64,000 nucleotides of DNA from an uncultured delta proteobacterium (GTDB taxonomy: Bacteria > Desulfobacterota > RBG-13-43-22). Within the stretch, counting starts at the first letter, position 1, and each line of letters starts with the position of its first letter. The notes below the pieces were generated by a model. It ran no database searches. It saw nothing but the letters and a program-made list of their open reading frames with translations, and was not told where the DNA came from. The stretch lies in contig CAVUPH010000042.1 of assembly GCA_963743305.1 (NCBI GenBank), positions 32,001-96,000 on the forward strand. Direction: 5' to 3'. This document shows positions 39,320 to 49,157 of the stretch, one piece after another. A program made the translations under genes and the position numbers.

Positions 39320-39392
39320 AGATTTATGGTTGATCGCCCTTTTGGGTGGCTGGCCACAATATTGGGTAGATTAACCTGAAATCGGGTCTCCG

Positions 39393-39605
39393 TGGCTGTG
39401 GGGTCTCGGCGAAAGGGTTTTCCATATTGCATTTTAGGTTCTAACCCGGCCCTCTTATTTTTAAATTCTTCAGGAGGCAGGGCCAGCCGAGGAGACATCA
39501 AAATACTCGGAGTATGGGCCTGCTTTAAATAAAGTTAGTAATTTAGGCCCGGATTCGAAGTCCGGAGTACCTTTGGAAAACCCTTTCGCCGAGACCCCAC
39601 GGCCA
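39393..39605. repeat. 213 bp element bounded by 32 bp inverted repeats (31/32 match)
   Basis: TGGCTGTGGGGTCTCGGCGAAAGGGTTTTCCA at 39393-39424 versus its near reverse complement at 39574-39605. Confidence 0.8.
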
Positions 39606-39650
39606 GACCAGATCTGGAGGGTATCCACCCAAAAGGGCGAGGCGTCAGAT

Positions 39651-40272
39651 TTATTGAAAAAAAGGGTTGAATCGCCTTTCCTGGCCGATGGTGGTCTCGG
39701 GACCATGGCCGGGATAGACTTTAACGTCGTCACCCAGGATAAACAGGCGGTCCCGGACCGAACGGATCAAAGCCCCGTAGTCGCCGCCGGGGAAATCGGT
39801 GCGCCCGATGGAGCCGGAGAACAACGTGTCTCCGACAAAGAGATCCTGCGGGGTAAACAGGGAAATGCCGCCCGGGGAGTGTCCGGGAGTGTGAATGACC
39901 TTCAGGGTAATCCCGCCGAAAGTTATTTCATCTCCGTCTTCAAGCAGGCGGTCCGGCGGCGGGGAATCGTCGGCCTGCATGCCCCAAGACCGCCGCACTG
40001 GCGGAAAGCTGGGCCAGCATGGGGGCATCGCCGGCATGGATCAAAATGGGAGCGCCGGTTTTTTCTTTCAGGGCCTTGTTCCCGCCCACATGATCAAAGT
40101 GCCCGTGGGTGTTAATGATGGTTTTCAATTGCAGGTTGTTTTTTTGGAGCCGGGAGAGTATCCGTTGGGCCTCGTCTCCCGGATCGATGACCGCCGCCTC
40201 CCGGGTTTCCTCATCCCCTAAAATAAAACAATTGGCCTGGATCGGCCCCACGACTAAAGATTCAATAATCAA
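39651..40272 (-). CDS. MBL-fold metallo-hydrolase (glyoxalase II/YcbL-like), frameshift near 39985
   Basis: THGHFDH, HTPGHS, GDTLF, YPGHG, ERRFNPF. Confidence 0.9.
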
Positions 40273-40421
40273 TTTTTCGCTCCTTTAATTTTGATGAGTT
40301 CGCAAAAAGTCTGTCAGAGAGCGTTCGTCTGCGGCTGTTCTCCTCGGACCACGAGATATTTATAAAATTTAATACCTTCCACCTCCAAAAACAAGGGAGC
40401 AACAGGATTTTTCGGTCTCAC

Positions 40422-40751
40422 TTAATGATGGCTGGAATCCGAGTGTCCTCCGGCCAGTAAATACACGGCGGGTTGGTCGGTCAGGTTCTCCAGGAAAAGG
40501 GTTTCTTCCCCGCTGAGGTGAACGGCCTGCCCCTGTTTCAGGGTTCCTTCGGCCTCACCGCTGAAGCGGAAATCCCCCGTAACCGCCAGGATCATCTCCT
40601 CGTGGCCCTTTCCCGGTTTCAGTCGCCGGGTTTTTTCCCGGCTTCTCATCCGGCCGTAGATCAGGTAACAGGCATGACTGCCCGTATCCTCGGCGCCCAG
40701 AATCGTTTCGCCCGATTCGCCGACCCTGGAAATCACCTCGAAGATTTTCAT
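40422..40751 (-). CDS. Small cupin-like hypothetical protein
   Basis: HACYLIYG, GHEEMILAV, beta-rich pattern. Confidence 0.6.
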   Translation of the reverse strand: MKIFEVISRVGESGETILGAEDTGSHACYLIYGRMRSREKTRRLKPGKGHEEMILAVTGDFRFSGEAEGTLKQGQAVHLSGEETLFLENLTDQPAVYLLAGGHSDSSHH

Positions 40752-40893
40752 GGGCTCTTCAGGTCCTTTCTTGAAAAATTAGCCGAGAATTTAAAGAATT
40801 TTTGGCTAATTTTTAAAGGATACCAGAATAGACCGGGAAGGCAAGCGGAACTTGCCGGTTGAGATTCCCGAAGAGTTGTGCTACAAGAATCCC

Positions 40894-42294
40894 ATGACAA
40901 AAATTCGAACCCGTTTTCCACCCAGCCCCACCGGCTATCTGCATATCGGCGGGGCCCGTACGGCCCTCTTCAATTGGCTGTTTGCCCGACAGCAGGGAGG
41001 GACTTTTGTCCTCCGAATTGAAGATACGGACGTGGCCCGGTCCACCGCAGAAAATACCCAGGTTATTTTGGAGGGGTTGCAGTGGCTGGGCCTGGATTGG
41101 GATGAGGGCCCCTTTTTTCAAACCCAACGGCTGGACCTTTACCGCCGCTATGTAAGGGAACTGCTGGACGGCGGGCAGGCCTATTACTGTCACTGTACCC
41201 CGGAGCTGCTCGAGCAAAAACGAGAGCAGGCCCGAGCGGAGGGCCGTAAGCCTAAGTACGATGGCACCTGCCGCGAAAAAGGGTTGGGGCCGGCCCCGGG
41301 GGCGGCGGTCCGGTTGAAGGCCCCTCAGTCCGGGGTGACCCGTCTGGATGACCTGATCAAAGGGCCGGTCATTTTCCAGAATGAGGAGTTGGACGACCTG
41401 ATTCTGGCCCGGGGAGACGGCATGCCCACCTACCACCTGGCCGTGGTGGTGGACGACCTGACCATGGACATCACCCACGTCATCCGGGGCGATGATCACG
41501 TCAACAATACCCCCAAACAGATTCAGATCTACCAGGCCCTGGGGCGACCGTTACCCCAATATGCCCACGTGCCGATGATCTTGGGCCCGGACAAGACCAA
41601 ACTCAGCAAGCGGCATGGCGCCGTATCGGTGTTGGCCTACCGGGAGATGGGCATACTGCCGGAGGCCCTGATCAATACCCTGGTTCGTCTGGGCTGGGCC
41701 CACGGGGACGAGGAGATCTTTTCCCGGGAGGAGATGGTCGCCAAGTTTTCTCTGGATCAGGTCGGTAAATCGGCCGGGATTTTTAACCAGGAGAAACTGC
41801 TCTGGCTGAACAGCCATTACCTCAAAGAATCTCCGAATGAGAAACTGGCCGCCCTGGTCGCCCCGTATATCGAGGCGCGGGGCTTCCCGGCGGAAGATCT
41901 TGCTTATTTGGCCCGGGTGGCGGGAACGCTGAAGACCCGCGGCAAAACCCTGGTGGAGATGGCCGAGGCGGCCGACTTTTATTTTCAGGAGGAATTGAGT
42001 TATCCGCCGGAGGCGGTTCAGAAATCTTTCACCCTGGAAATGCTGCCCATCCTGGAATTGCTGGTTCAAAGGTTGACGGACCTGCCGGGCTGGGATCATT
42101 CCGCCCTGGAGTCGGTTTTCCAGAAGCTGGTCGATCAAACCGACCTGAAAATGAAGCAGATCGCCCCGCCGATCCGGCTGGCCCTGACCGGTAAAAAGGC
42201 CAGTCCGGGGCTCTTTGAGGTGATGGAGGCGCTGGGTAAAGCAGGGACGCTGGGCCGCATCCACAGGGCGATTCAAATTATTCGAGAAGGATAG
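40894..42294 (+). CDS. gltX: Glutamate--tRNA ligase
   Basis: RFPPSPTGYLHIGG, RIEDTD, RGDDH, KLSKR; adjacent tRNA-Gln and tRNA-Glu. Confidence 0.97.
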   Translation: MTKIRTRFPPSPTGYLHIGGARTALFNWLFARQQGGTFVLRIEDTDVARSTAENTQVILEGLQWLGLDWDEGPFFQTQRLDLYRRYVRELLDGGQAYYCHCTPELLEQKREQARAEGRKPKYDGTCREKGLGPAPGAAVRLKAPQSGVTRLDDLIKGPVIFQNEELDDLILARGDGMPTYHLAVVVDDLTMDITHVIRGDDHVNNTPKQIQIYQALGRPLPQYAHVPMILGPDKTKLSKRHGAVSVLAYREMGILPEALINTLVRLGWAHGDEEIFSREEMVAKFSLDQVGKSAGIFNQEKLLWLNSHYLKESPNEKLAALVAPYIEARGFPAEDLAYLARVAGTLKTRGKTLVEMAEAADFYFQEELSYPPEAVQKSFTLEMLPILELLVQRLTDLPGWDHSALESVFQKLVDQTDLKMKQIAPPIRLALTGKKASPGLFEVMEALGKAGTLGRIHRAIQIIREG

Positions 42295-42309
42295 CTTTCG
42301 ACAAAATCC

Positions 42310-42338
42310 TTGCTTTTTTAGCAAAAAAGCCCTATTAT
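42310..42338 (+). promoter_or_regulatory. Sigma70-type promoter of the tRNA pair
   Basis: TTGCTT-N17-TATTAT. Confidence 0.55.
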
Positions 42339-42349
42339 TATAGGTTAAC

Positions 42350-42423
42350 TGGGGGATCGTTCAACGGTAGGACTGCAGGCTCTGGATCTGCCTATCAAGG
42401 TTCGAATCCTTGTCCCCCAGCCA
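42350..42423 (+). tRNA. tRNA-Gln(CTG)
   Basis: TGGGGGA acceptor, anticodon arm GCAGG-CTCTGGA-TCTGC, GTTCGAATC, CCA. Confidence 0.96.
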
Positions 42424-42431
42424 TTTTTATT

Positions 42432-42507
42432 GGTCCCATCGTCTAGTGGCCTAGGACACCGGCCTCTCACGCCGGTAACACGGGTTCGAACCCCGTTGGG
42501 ACCACCA
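42432..42507 (+). tRNA. tRNA-Glu(CTC)
   Basis: GGTCCCA/TGGGACC acceptor, CCGGC-CTCTCAC-GCCGG anticodon arm, GTTCGAA, CCA. Confidence 0.97.
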
Positions 42508-42517
42508 AATAAAATCA

Positions 42518-42547
42518 AAGGCCTGGAAGAAATTCCAGGCCTTTTTT
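42518..42547 (+). terminator. Intrinsic terminator after the tRNAs
   Basis: AAGGCCTGGAA-GAAA-TTCCAGGCCTT followed by a T-run. Confidence 0.85.
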
Positions 42548-42717
42548 ATTTATGATTAAAATTTTCCAACCCTATTTCCAGCCCGGGGTGAATTTTCTAG
42601 CCCTTTCATGGCCGAATGCTACCATAACCCGTCACTAAAAAAAGGGCCCACCCTCCCAGGCTGGCCCATCTTAGCGGAGGTTACTCTCAGGGTTTTGGAA
42701 AAATCTCTTGGAATTAC

Positions 42718-42912
42718 TTAATTACCAACCGGAGTGCGACGCATAAAGGGAAGTAATAGATTGAAAGTCCTTCTTTTGACACCAAACATCCTAAGTTCAT
42801 TCTGTTGTTTTTGGGCATTTATAAGCATTGTTCTGTCAATATGAGGATTAGATTCTAAAATCTTTTCAACATCTATTTTTATTTTTCCGTTTTTTGTTTT
42901 ATCTTTTCTCAT
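42718..42912 (-). CDS. Small AT-rich hypothetical protein
   Basis: RBS GGAGGG; 64 aa; hairpin plus T-run downstream at about 42637-42668. Confidence 0.5.
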   Translation of the reverse strand: MRKDKTKNGKIKIDVEKILESNPHIDRTMLINAQKQQNELRMFGVKRRTFNLLLPFMRRTPVGN

Positions 42913-43437
42913 AGCCCCTCCCGCTTATAACGGAATATATTTATCCTTAACATGGATAATTGCTTTATGCCCTCGTTTTTGCATATAACCTTCAATATCT
43001 CAAACCCGATCCGTGACCTTCCTGCCAGAGTGCCCGCAAAGCGACGATCTCTGGAAAGCTCGACCATTATCCCCGAACGCGGATCCGGATCGACGCCCTC
43101 CCGCCCGTTCGTTCAAATCCTAAGCCTCCGCAGGACCTAAAACAGGCAAATCACCCATCGAATTTTCTGAATCAACCGTCTTATGCTCATTTATTCAGGA
43201 CCAAGCTTCACAGCCGCCCCATGGTGATGCGTTCGTCCCGGTGGCCTTACTCTTTTGTATCCCCCAACCGCCAGGGCCACAAAGGACACAGTTCAATCCG
43301 GCGGGTATGGGTTTCCCATAATTACTCTCCCCCCTCGCCCTCGAGCATTTCCGGCCGCATATATTTCGGCGCTCGCTTCAATTGGTAAACGTCTCGGCTT
43401 ACCGCCCGGCGTTCCAGGGCGGCCTTGAACTTCGCTA

Positions 43438-45225
43438 CTAGGCCTGCACAATCCGGTTCTTCCCCTGCATCTTCGCCCGATACATAGCGGCATCGGCCTG
43501 AGACAGAAGCTCCCCGGGAGTCAGGGTCCCCTCGATCTCGATTAGGCCGATACTCAAAGTCATAGGGAATACTTTACCGTTCAGTTCAAAAGATTGAGCC
43601 TCCACAACCAGACGGAGACGTTCCGCCGCTGAGAGGGCTTCCCCGCCGGTCTTCCCTTCGAGGAGGAGGGCAAATTCATCGCCCCCCAACCGGAAAACAA
43701 CATCCTCGGTCCGAAGTTCGGCCTTGATGATGTTGGTCAAGAGGATCAGGACTTCATCCCCGGCGGCGTGACCGACCGTATCGTTGACGTCCTTGAAGTT
43801 GTCGAGGTCCAAGTACAGGAGAGAACTCTTCTCGCCCCGTTTGGCCTTAGCAATGCTGCGTTTGAGCATGTCCTCCAACGAATGTCGGTTCAAGAGGCCG
43901 GTGAGGGCATCGTGGATGGCGAAATATTCCAGGTCCGCCTGGTGGGACTTACGTTCAGTGATATCGCGCAGGACGGCTGTGTAAAATCGGCCCCCGGCGG
44001 TCTCCCATTTGGCCAGCGAAAATTCGACGGGAAACTCGGTTCCGTCCTTCCGCAGTCCTTCCAGTTCAACCGTTTTGCCGATGACCTGCGACTCACCGCC
44101 GGCTTGGACCCTGTCCCGACCGGCCTGATGCCGGTCTCGGTAACGGTCCGGTATTAGTCGAGTCACGGATTGACCGCTGATCTCGGCCTCGGGGTAGCCG
44201 AACATTTTTTCAGCGCCCCGGTTCCAGCTCACAATGGCACCCCCACCGTCGGCCGTGACAATGGCGTCGTGGGCCGAGTTGGTCACCGCCCGGAAATGGG
44301 CTTCGCTTTCGCGTAGCGCAGTCACTTTCTCGTCCCGTTCCCTATTGGCCTGGTCTATTTCTCTGCCAAATGATTTCGCTATGATTATCACGATGAGGCC
44401 GACGGCCAGGGCGGAGGCTATGGCTAATAGCGCTGAGGTCAGTGCGGGATTAGTCGCCGAAGATAATCCAATCGTATGGATGATATCACTGATCATAACA
44501 AAACCAACGGTCACCGGTAGAAATGTCCTTACCAAGCGACTGCGGACAGAAGTCCCTGTAAAAAATAGTATTGGATGAACAGAGGACCCCGAAGCAAACA
44601 GTATTCCCAAACCCAAGAAAACAAAGGCCACGGCTGTCGGGAAGGCTACGGGAATTATGCTTCCACCATACAACAGAGGGGTTCCATGTAAATATCCGAG
44701 AATTATTATCAGCCCGGCGGCACTAACCATCAGGGCCAAAAACGAAGCCGCGTTTTTAACCAGGTGTTTCCTGTGGGGTGAGAAACAGAGAAGTAATATT
44801 CCTGATGAGGCGACCATGAAATTTATGGAGGTAATAGGAGACATACGACCACTATAATTCAGGGGAAGATATTGGATAAACTTGGTCCGAGCGAATCCCA
44901 GATGTTCTGCTTGAAGGAAATTTCCTGAAAAGAAATAGATCAGCAACATTAAAGTGATTAATCCAGTGAGGGAAGCGCAGAATAGGGTAATCATCCGCGG
45001 AAGAAAGCCGGGAAGGAGAAGGGAAACAAGAAAGGAAGCGCTTAATAGGAAAAAACAGAAAGCCGTGCTGGGAGCGATGGGAATGTACGCTTGTTTTATA
45101 CTGGTCAGCAGGGTTGACTCAAAAACCCATCCTGCTAAAGATACAGAGCCGATGACGGCCGTGATCATTAAGCTCCCCAGAGACAGGCGTCTTAAGACCT
45201 GTTCCAAGCGTTCTTGATCGTTCAT
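43438..45225 (-). CDS. Membrane-anchored PAS-GGDEF diguanylate cyclase
   Basis: Multiple TM helices, PAS/PAC (WNRGAEKMFGY, RKDGTEFPVE), DLDNFK, RTED I-site, RLGGDEF. Confidence 0.94.
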   Translation of the reverse strand: MNDQERLEQVLRRLSLGSLMITAVIGSVSLAGWVFESTLLTSIKQAYIPIAPSTAFCFFLLSASFLVSLLLPGFLPRMITLFCASLTGLITLMLLIYFFSGNFLQAEHLGFARTKFIQYLPLNYSGRMSPITSINFMVASSGILLLCFSPHRKHLVKNAASFLALMVSAAGLIIILGYLHGTPLLYGGSIIPVAFPTAVAFVFLGLGILFASGSSVHPILFFTGTSVRSRLVRTFLPVTVGFVMISDIIHTIGLSSATNPALTSALLAIASALAVGLIVIIIAKSFGREIDQANRERDEKVTALRESEAHFRAVTNSAHDAIVTADGGGAIVSWNRGAEKMFGYPEAEISGQSVTRLIPDRYRDRHQAGRDRVQAGGESQVIGKTVELEGLRKDGTEFPVEFSLAKWETAGGRFYTAVLRDITERKSHQADLEYFAIHDALTGLLNRHSLEDMLKRSIAKAKRGEKSSLLYLDLDNFKDVNDTVGHAAGDEVLILLTNIIKAELRTEDVVFRLGGDEFALLLEGKTGGEALSAAERLRLVVEAQSFELNGKVFPMTLSIGLIEIEGTLTPGELLSQADAAMYRAKMQGKNRIVQA

Positions 45226-45375
45226 GGCCGCTCTTTCTGCTTTCGGTGCTGCCTGGTTTGCGACAGGTGCGCCTTTATTGTCAATAACGTCTAGAATTTC
45301 CAAAAAATCTTTGTTGAATCGGGTGGTGCGGAGGAATTTCACCCTCCCGTTCCCACAGGTTCCCACTTTCCACAT

Positions 45376-45545
45376 CTAATTTTTTTGCCACGCGCATCCC
45401 TTTTCGGTGGAGGCCTCTACGTCTTCTTCGAATTTAAATAGCTTTTCATCTTTTTTTCGAATGTGAGGCATCTAAAGTCGTTTTCTTCCGCTGCGACGGA
45501 AGTGCACACCAAGATCCCGATCAAAACGCCAAACAGTTTATTCAT
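45376..45545 (-). pseudogene. Remnant of a small secreted protein
   Basis: RBS GGAGGAG, MNKLFGVLIGILVCTSVAAEENDFRCL then an out-of-frame tail IRKKDEKLFKFEEDVEASTEKGCAWQKN*. Confidence 0.45.
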
Positions 45546-45955
45546 AGCTCCTCCGGTACGGTTTGATGCCTAACCAATTATCGAATTGGGCAATTTTCTG
45601 AATAATAGCAGAAAGTTTCAGTATTTTCTATGGGGAATTTTTGCGAGGTTATCAATCCTTTATTTACCCAAAATAACCGATAAACAACCCCGCAAATCGA
45701 AAATTAGGGTGTTTTGATTTCAAAAATACCGGGTTTCCATTATTTATTTTTCTTTCTCCCCGGGATATCCTGCGGACCATATTGTAAAAGCAAACATTAA
45801 ACGGGGCGCCCGGAACGGGGCCCGCGGTTCGAATGAATCGGCGTTTTTGGGTTTCGTAGGTACTTGACGGTAGCTGCGAAGGTAAAATTAAATTTTGTTC
45901 CCTCAAATCCCTCACGGTGGGTCACGGCCACAGGAGGGGAGAAAGGAGTAAGAGG

Positions 45956-46177
45956 ATGAACAGGGGCCAATTCGAGGATCTGATGCTCACCGACGAAAAA
46001 TTTTTTGCCCATTATGCCCGATTATTTATGGACTCCAAGGATGCCCTGGGTCAGAGCCTCACCGATTGGTGTTGGCGGAGATACCTGGACGGAGAACAGC
46101 CTAGCCCCATTTCCACCGGTTTCGGTATCGACTTTTTTTCAGACGGCGCTACTGTTTTCCAGGAAATCCGAGTATGA
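45956..46177 (+). CDS. Hypothetical protein (73 aa)
   Basis: RBS AGGAG/GAGG; ATGA overlap with the next ORF. Confidence 0.55.
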   Translation: MNRGQFEDLMLTDEKFFAHYARLFMDSKDALGQSLTDWCWRRYLDGEQPSPISTGFGIDFFSDGATVFQEIRV

Positions 46178-46437
46178 AATTTATGAATGGGCCTAAGCGG
46201 CTAATCTATTGGTCGATCATATTCTTTATTAGTTGGGCGCTTCTCGTTACCAGCGCGGCCTATGTTAATTGTGAAAACGTTGTCCCCGATCAATTCTTGG
46301 ACGTAGCCTTTGGATGTCAAAAGAGTCATCATTTTTTCTTGGCGGTAAGAGAAAAGACCTCTCCAGCCTTTCTCGGTTTCCTGAACACAATCAAACTCAA
46401 GAGAAGCGACTTCCTGACCGTAGTCCTTCGCTGTTAG
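46174..46437 (+). CDS. Small membrane/secreted hypothetical protein
   Basis: N-terminal hydrophobic helix; translationally coupled to the previous ORF. Confidence 0.5.
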   Translation: MKFMNGPKRLIYWSIIFFISWALLVTSAAYVNCENVVPDQFLDVAFGCQKSHHFFLAVREKTSPAFLGFLNTIKLKRSDFLTVVLRC

Positions 46438-46555
46438 ACCCCATTCCTTATAATTTCTCTTTGTTTTCAGGCGCACGCCCTCTGTTTTTGCCAGGCTTTT
46501 CGGGAAGGCGACATTCCACCTAGGCACGGAAATTTTCGGTTTCCATGAGGGAGGA

Positions 46556-48058
46556 TTGAAACCATGGACAAGACCATTTCATGCTGCAGCCGAAGCGCAG
46601 GAGGCTGGGGACACTGGGCTTTCAGGACCCTGGACGGGGCCGGCCGAAGGGGTCGCCGGCGATCCGCTATTCCTGGAGGGTGTCCTCCCCCGAGAGGAAT
46701 TTCTAGAACGACTGCACTTTGAAAAACGCCGGGTGGACCGTTCCGGGAAGCCGTTGTCCATGACCCTGTTTTTCCTGAAAGAGGAGCTTCTGGCGGATGC
46801 CAGAAAGCTGCGTGAGTTCCTCCTGGCCCTTAAGCGGGATACCCGGGAGACGGACTTGAAGGGTTGGGTGAAGCGGAACGTCCTCGGCCTCCTGATGCTG
46901 GATACCGACGGCCTCCAGGCACAAAAGTGCCTGGAACTGCTGGGCAACGACCGAACGAAGACCTCCTGCGATTTCTTGACCGCGGCCTATCCCGACCGCC
47001 TCTTCGATGAATTGGCGGAGGAGGTGGAGGCCGTGCCCGGAATTCTTCCCCTGGAATCGCTGGAAATGGCGGGCGCCGACTCGGTCCAGCAAACCCTCAA
47101 GCGTGGCTTTGATATCCTGGGGGCACTGATCGGTCTGATCTTTTTCTCTCCGGTCTTGTTGATCACGGCCCTGGCCCTCAAACTGACTTCCCCCGGACCG
47201 ATTCTTTTTCGCCAGAGGCGTCTGGGACAAAGAGGAAATCCTTTCGACCTTTTAAACTTAAATCCCCTGGCGGCCGCTAACGGCGACCTGGCCAAACCGA
47301 GATACCTGTTCAACCCGATCGATGGGCGATATCAGCAGGTCAGCCAGGGGAGACGGGATAATCCCTCGGTTTATGGGGAGAACGACTGCCTTAGCAGCCT
47401 GGCGGAGATAATTCGAAAGCTCGGCCTGGATCGACTGCCACAGCTTTTTAACGTGTTAAAGGGGGAAATGAGTCTGGTCGGCCCCCGGCCGATCAGGCCT
47501 CAGGAGGCGGATAAATTTAAGTCCTGGCGCCTCCGCCGGATCCTGTCCGTCAGACCGGGCCTCACCGGCCTCTGGCAGGCGGAGGGACGCAGTCCAGCCT
47601 CTTTGGAGGAGATGATCCGATCGGACCTCCGCTATGTGCAGAATGGGTCGCTGGGGCTGGATCTTAAAATCCTGGCCAAAACGGTCTTTGAAGTTCTGAT
47701 GGCCCTGGGGCCGAAGCCCGGGCCTGAACCGAAGGACCTCACTCCGGATGATGCGGGGGGCCGTAAATATGTCCGGAAGACGGCCAAGGTACTCGTCGAG
47801 GGCAGCGCGATCGGGTTATGGCTGAATTATTCCTGGCATCATTTTTTGGCGGTATCCCTGGGCTGGGGGGATAGCGCTCCGGATTGGTACTTTCGCCTCC
47901 AGGAAATAGTTTTCCTCTTCATCCTGCTCATCGGTATGGTCGGCTGGGCGGTCCTCTATCCCCGGTTAGACGGCTTCTTAACCGGCATAAGGTCTAAAAA
48001 GGGCTCTCTCTTGGCTGCCATCTTCTCCGGCAAGGCGTTACCCGCCAAGGGGAAATAA
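46556..48058 (+). CDS. Bacterial sugar transferase (WcaJ/PglC-like) domain protein with degenerate active site
   Basis: LKRGFDI, SPGPILFRQRRLG, NVLKGEMSLVGPRP, PGLTGLWQ; DRLPQ instead of DELPQ and no KFRSM; RBS GAGGGAGG. Confidence 0.85.
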   Translation: MKPWTRPFHAAAEAQEAGDTGLSGPWTGPAEGVAGDPLFLEGVLPREEFLERLHFEKRRVDRSGKPLSMTLFFLKEELLADARKLREFLLALKRDTRETDLKGWVKRNVLGLLMLDTDGLQAQKCLELLGNDRTKTSCDFLTAAYPDRLFDELAEEVEAVPGILPLESLEMAGADSVQQTLKRGFDILGALIGLIFFSPVLLITALALKLTSPGPILFRQRRLGQRGNPFDLLNLNPLAAANGDLAKPRYLFNPIDGRYQQVSQGRRDNPSVYGENDCLSSLAEIIRKLGLDRLPQLFNVLKGEMSLVGPRPIRPQEADKFKSWRLRRILSVRPGLTGLWQAEGRSPASLEEMIRSDLRYVQNGSLGLDLKILAKTVFEVLMALGPKPGPEPKDLTPDDAGGRKYVRKTAKVLVEGSAIGLWLNYSWHHFLAVSLGWGDSAPDWYFRLQEIVFLFILLIGMVGWAVLYPRLDGFLTGIRSKKGSLLAAIFSGKALPAKGK

Positions 48059-48087
48059 CCACCCAAACGAATATCCTTTTTTATCTT

Positions 48088-48963
48088 TTGGCCGCATTTT
48101 CTTGCGGGACGAATGGGCTTATCTTATTGAATTCCTATCTTAAAGTTGGAACACCCGAAAATGATTTCGGAAGAATCCCATCGGGAGTTGAAAAGGTTTT
48201 TACCTTTTTTTCGCGTGCCGTAAGAAACCCGCTCCAATCCATCTGGGGGGCATTGTTCGTAATTCAGCGGCGGATTGATCCCGGGGACGAAACCCTGGCC
48301 CAGGCCGTTCGCATTCTTCGGGAGGAAATAGGCCAACTCCAGGAACTGGTTCAAGATACCTTGGAATTCCTCCGGCCGGCGGAAGGAAAGTCGGTTATCC
48401 CGGTTGATCTCAATTCCCTGCTGGCCTCGCTCCTGGCCGCCCTGACCATTAATCCGGACGGGTCCGACCTCCCGGTTTCCGTGAACAGCTCCTTCGATCC
48501 GGCTCTTCCGCAACTGCCGGCCGATTACGAGGAGATTAGGAGGGCCTTCGGGCATCTTCTAAAAAACGGCCACGCGGCCCTGTCGGTTATGGGAGGGAAT
48601 CTGAGTGTTGAAACCCGTTTCTCCCCGGATCCGGTACCAGGAAATATACGCGTAGATTTAACCGCGGAAGGCCCCGGTGTGAGAGGGAAATATTTTGACC
48701 AGGGATTCCCTTCCTTTACTATCTACCCGAACCGGGGAAACGGTTTGGGAGCGGCCATTGCCCAGCGGATTATCACGGAACAGTATCAGGGAGACCTGAA
48801 GTGGGAGCGGGACGCCGAAGGAGTCCTGCGCTTGTGGGTGTCCTTGCCGCTTAAAATGACCACCCGGCCGGCGTTGGGAGGCGATCAACCGGCTGAAAAC
48901 GATCGACCCCGGTTTGATGATACCCAAACCCCACAAGCAGGGATATTTAGGACCACCTTTTAA
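48088..48963 (+). CDS. Degenerate histidine-kinase-like protein (start uncertain)
   Basis: SRAVRNPL (H-box without His), LLKNG, AEGPG, GNGLG. Confidence 0.75.
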   Translation: MAAFSCGTNGLILLNSYLKVGTPENDFGRIPSGVEKVFTFFSRAVRNPLQSIWGALFVIQRRIDPGDETLAQAVRILREEIGQLQELVQDTLEFLRPAEGKSVIPVDLNSLLASLLAALTINPDGSDLPVSVNSSFDPALPQLPADYEEIRRAFGHLLKNGHAALSVMGGNLSVETRFSPDPVPGNIRVDLTAEGPGVRGKYFDQGFPSFTIYPNRGNGLGAAIAQRIITEQYQGDLKWERDAEGVLRLWVSLPLKMTTRPALGGDQPAENDRPRFDDTQTPQAGIFRTTF

Positions 48964-49157
48964 AAATCGGCCGGCGGCCCTTCATCGACTTCTCCCCCCA
49001 GCCCATCCCATTTTTTCTCCATCCGGATTACTTTCAATAAAATGCTTTATGATGGTATTTTGTCTTTGAAAGATGGTAGGCTGGAGTATTTCCATTTCCC
49101 GCGGAAGGCTTCTTTTTTTAATTCCCGGTTGGTAGGAATTCATAAGCAGGAGAAGGT

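Noticed and set aside
39393-39605. 6S RNA
   Set aside because: The length fits, but the near-perfect 32 bp terminal stem and the lack of a recognisable central bubble or usual gene context do not support the call
42508-45660. Functional integron or intact island at tRNA-Glu
   Set aside because: No intI or integrase, no paired attC boxes, and no duplicated tRNA 3' end found in the window
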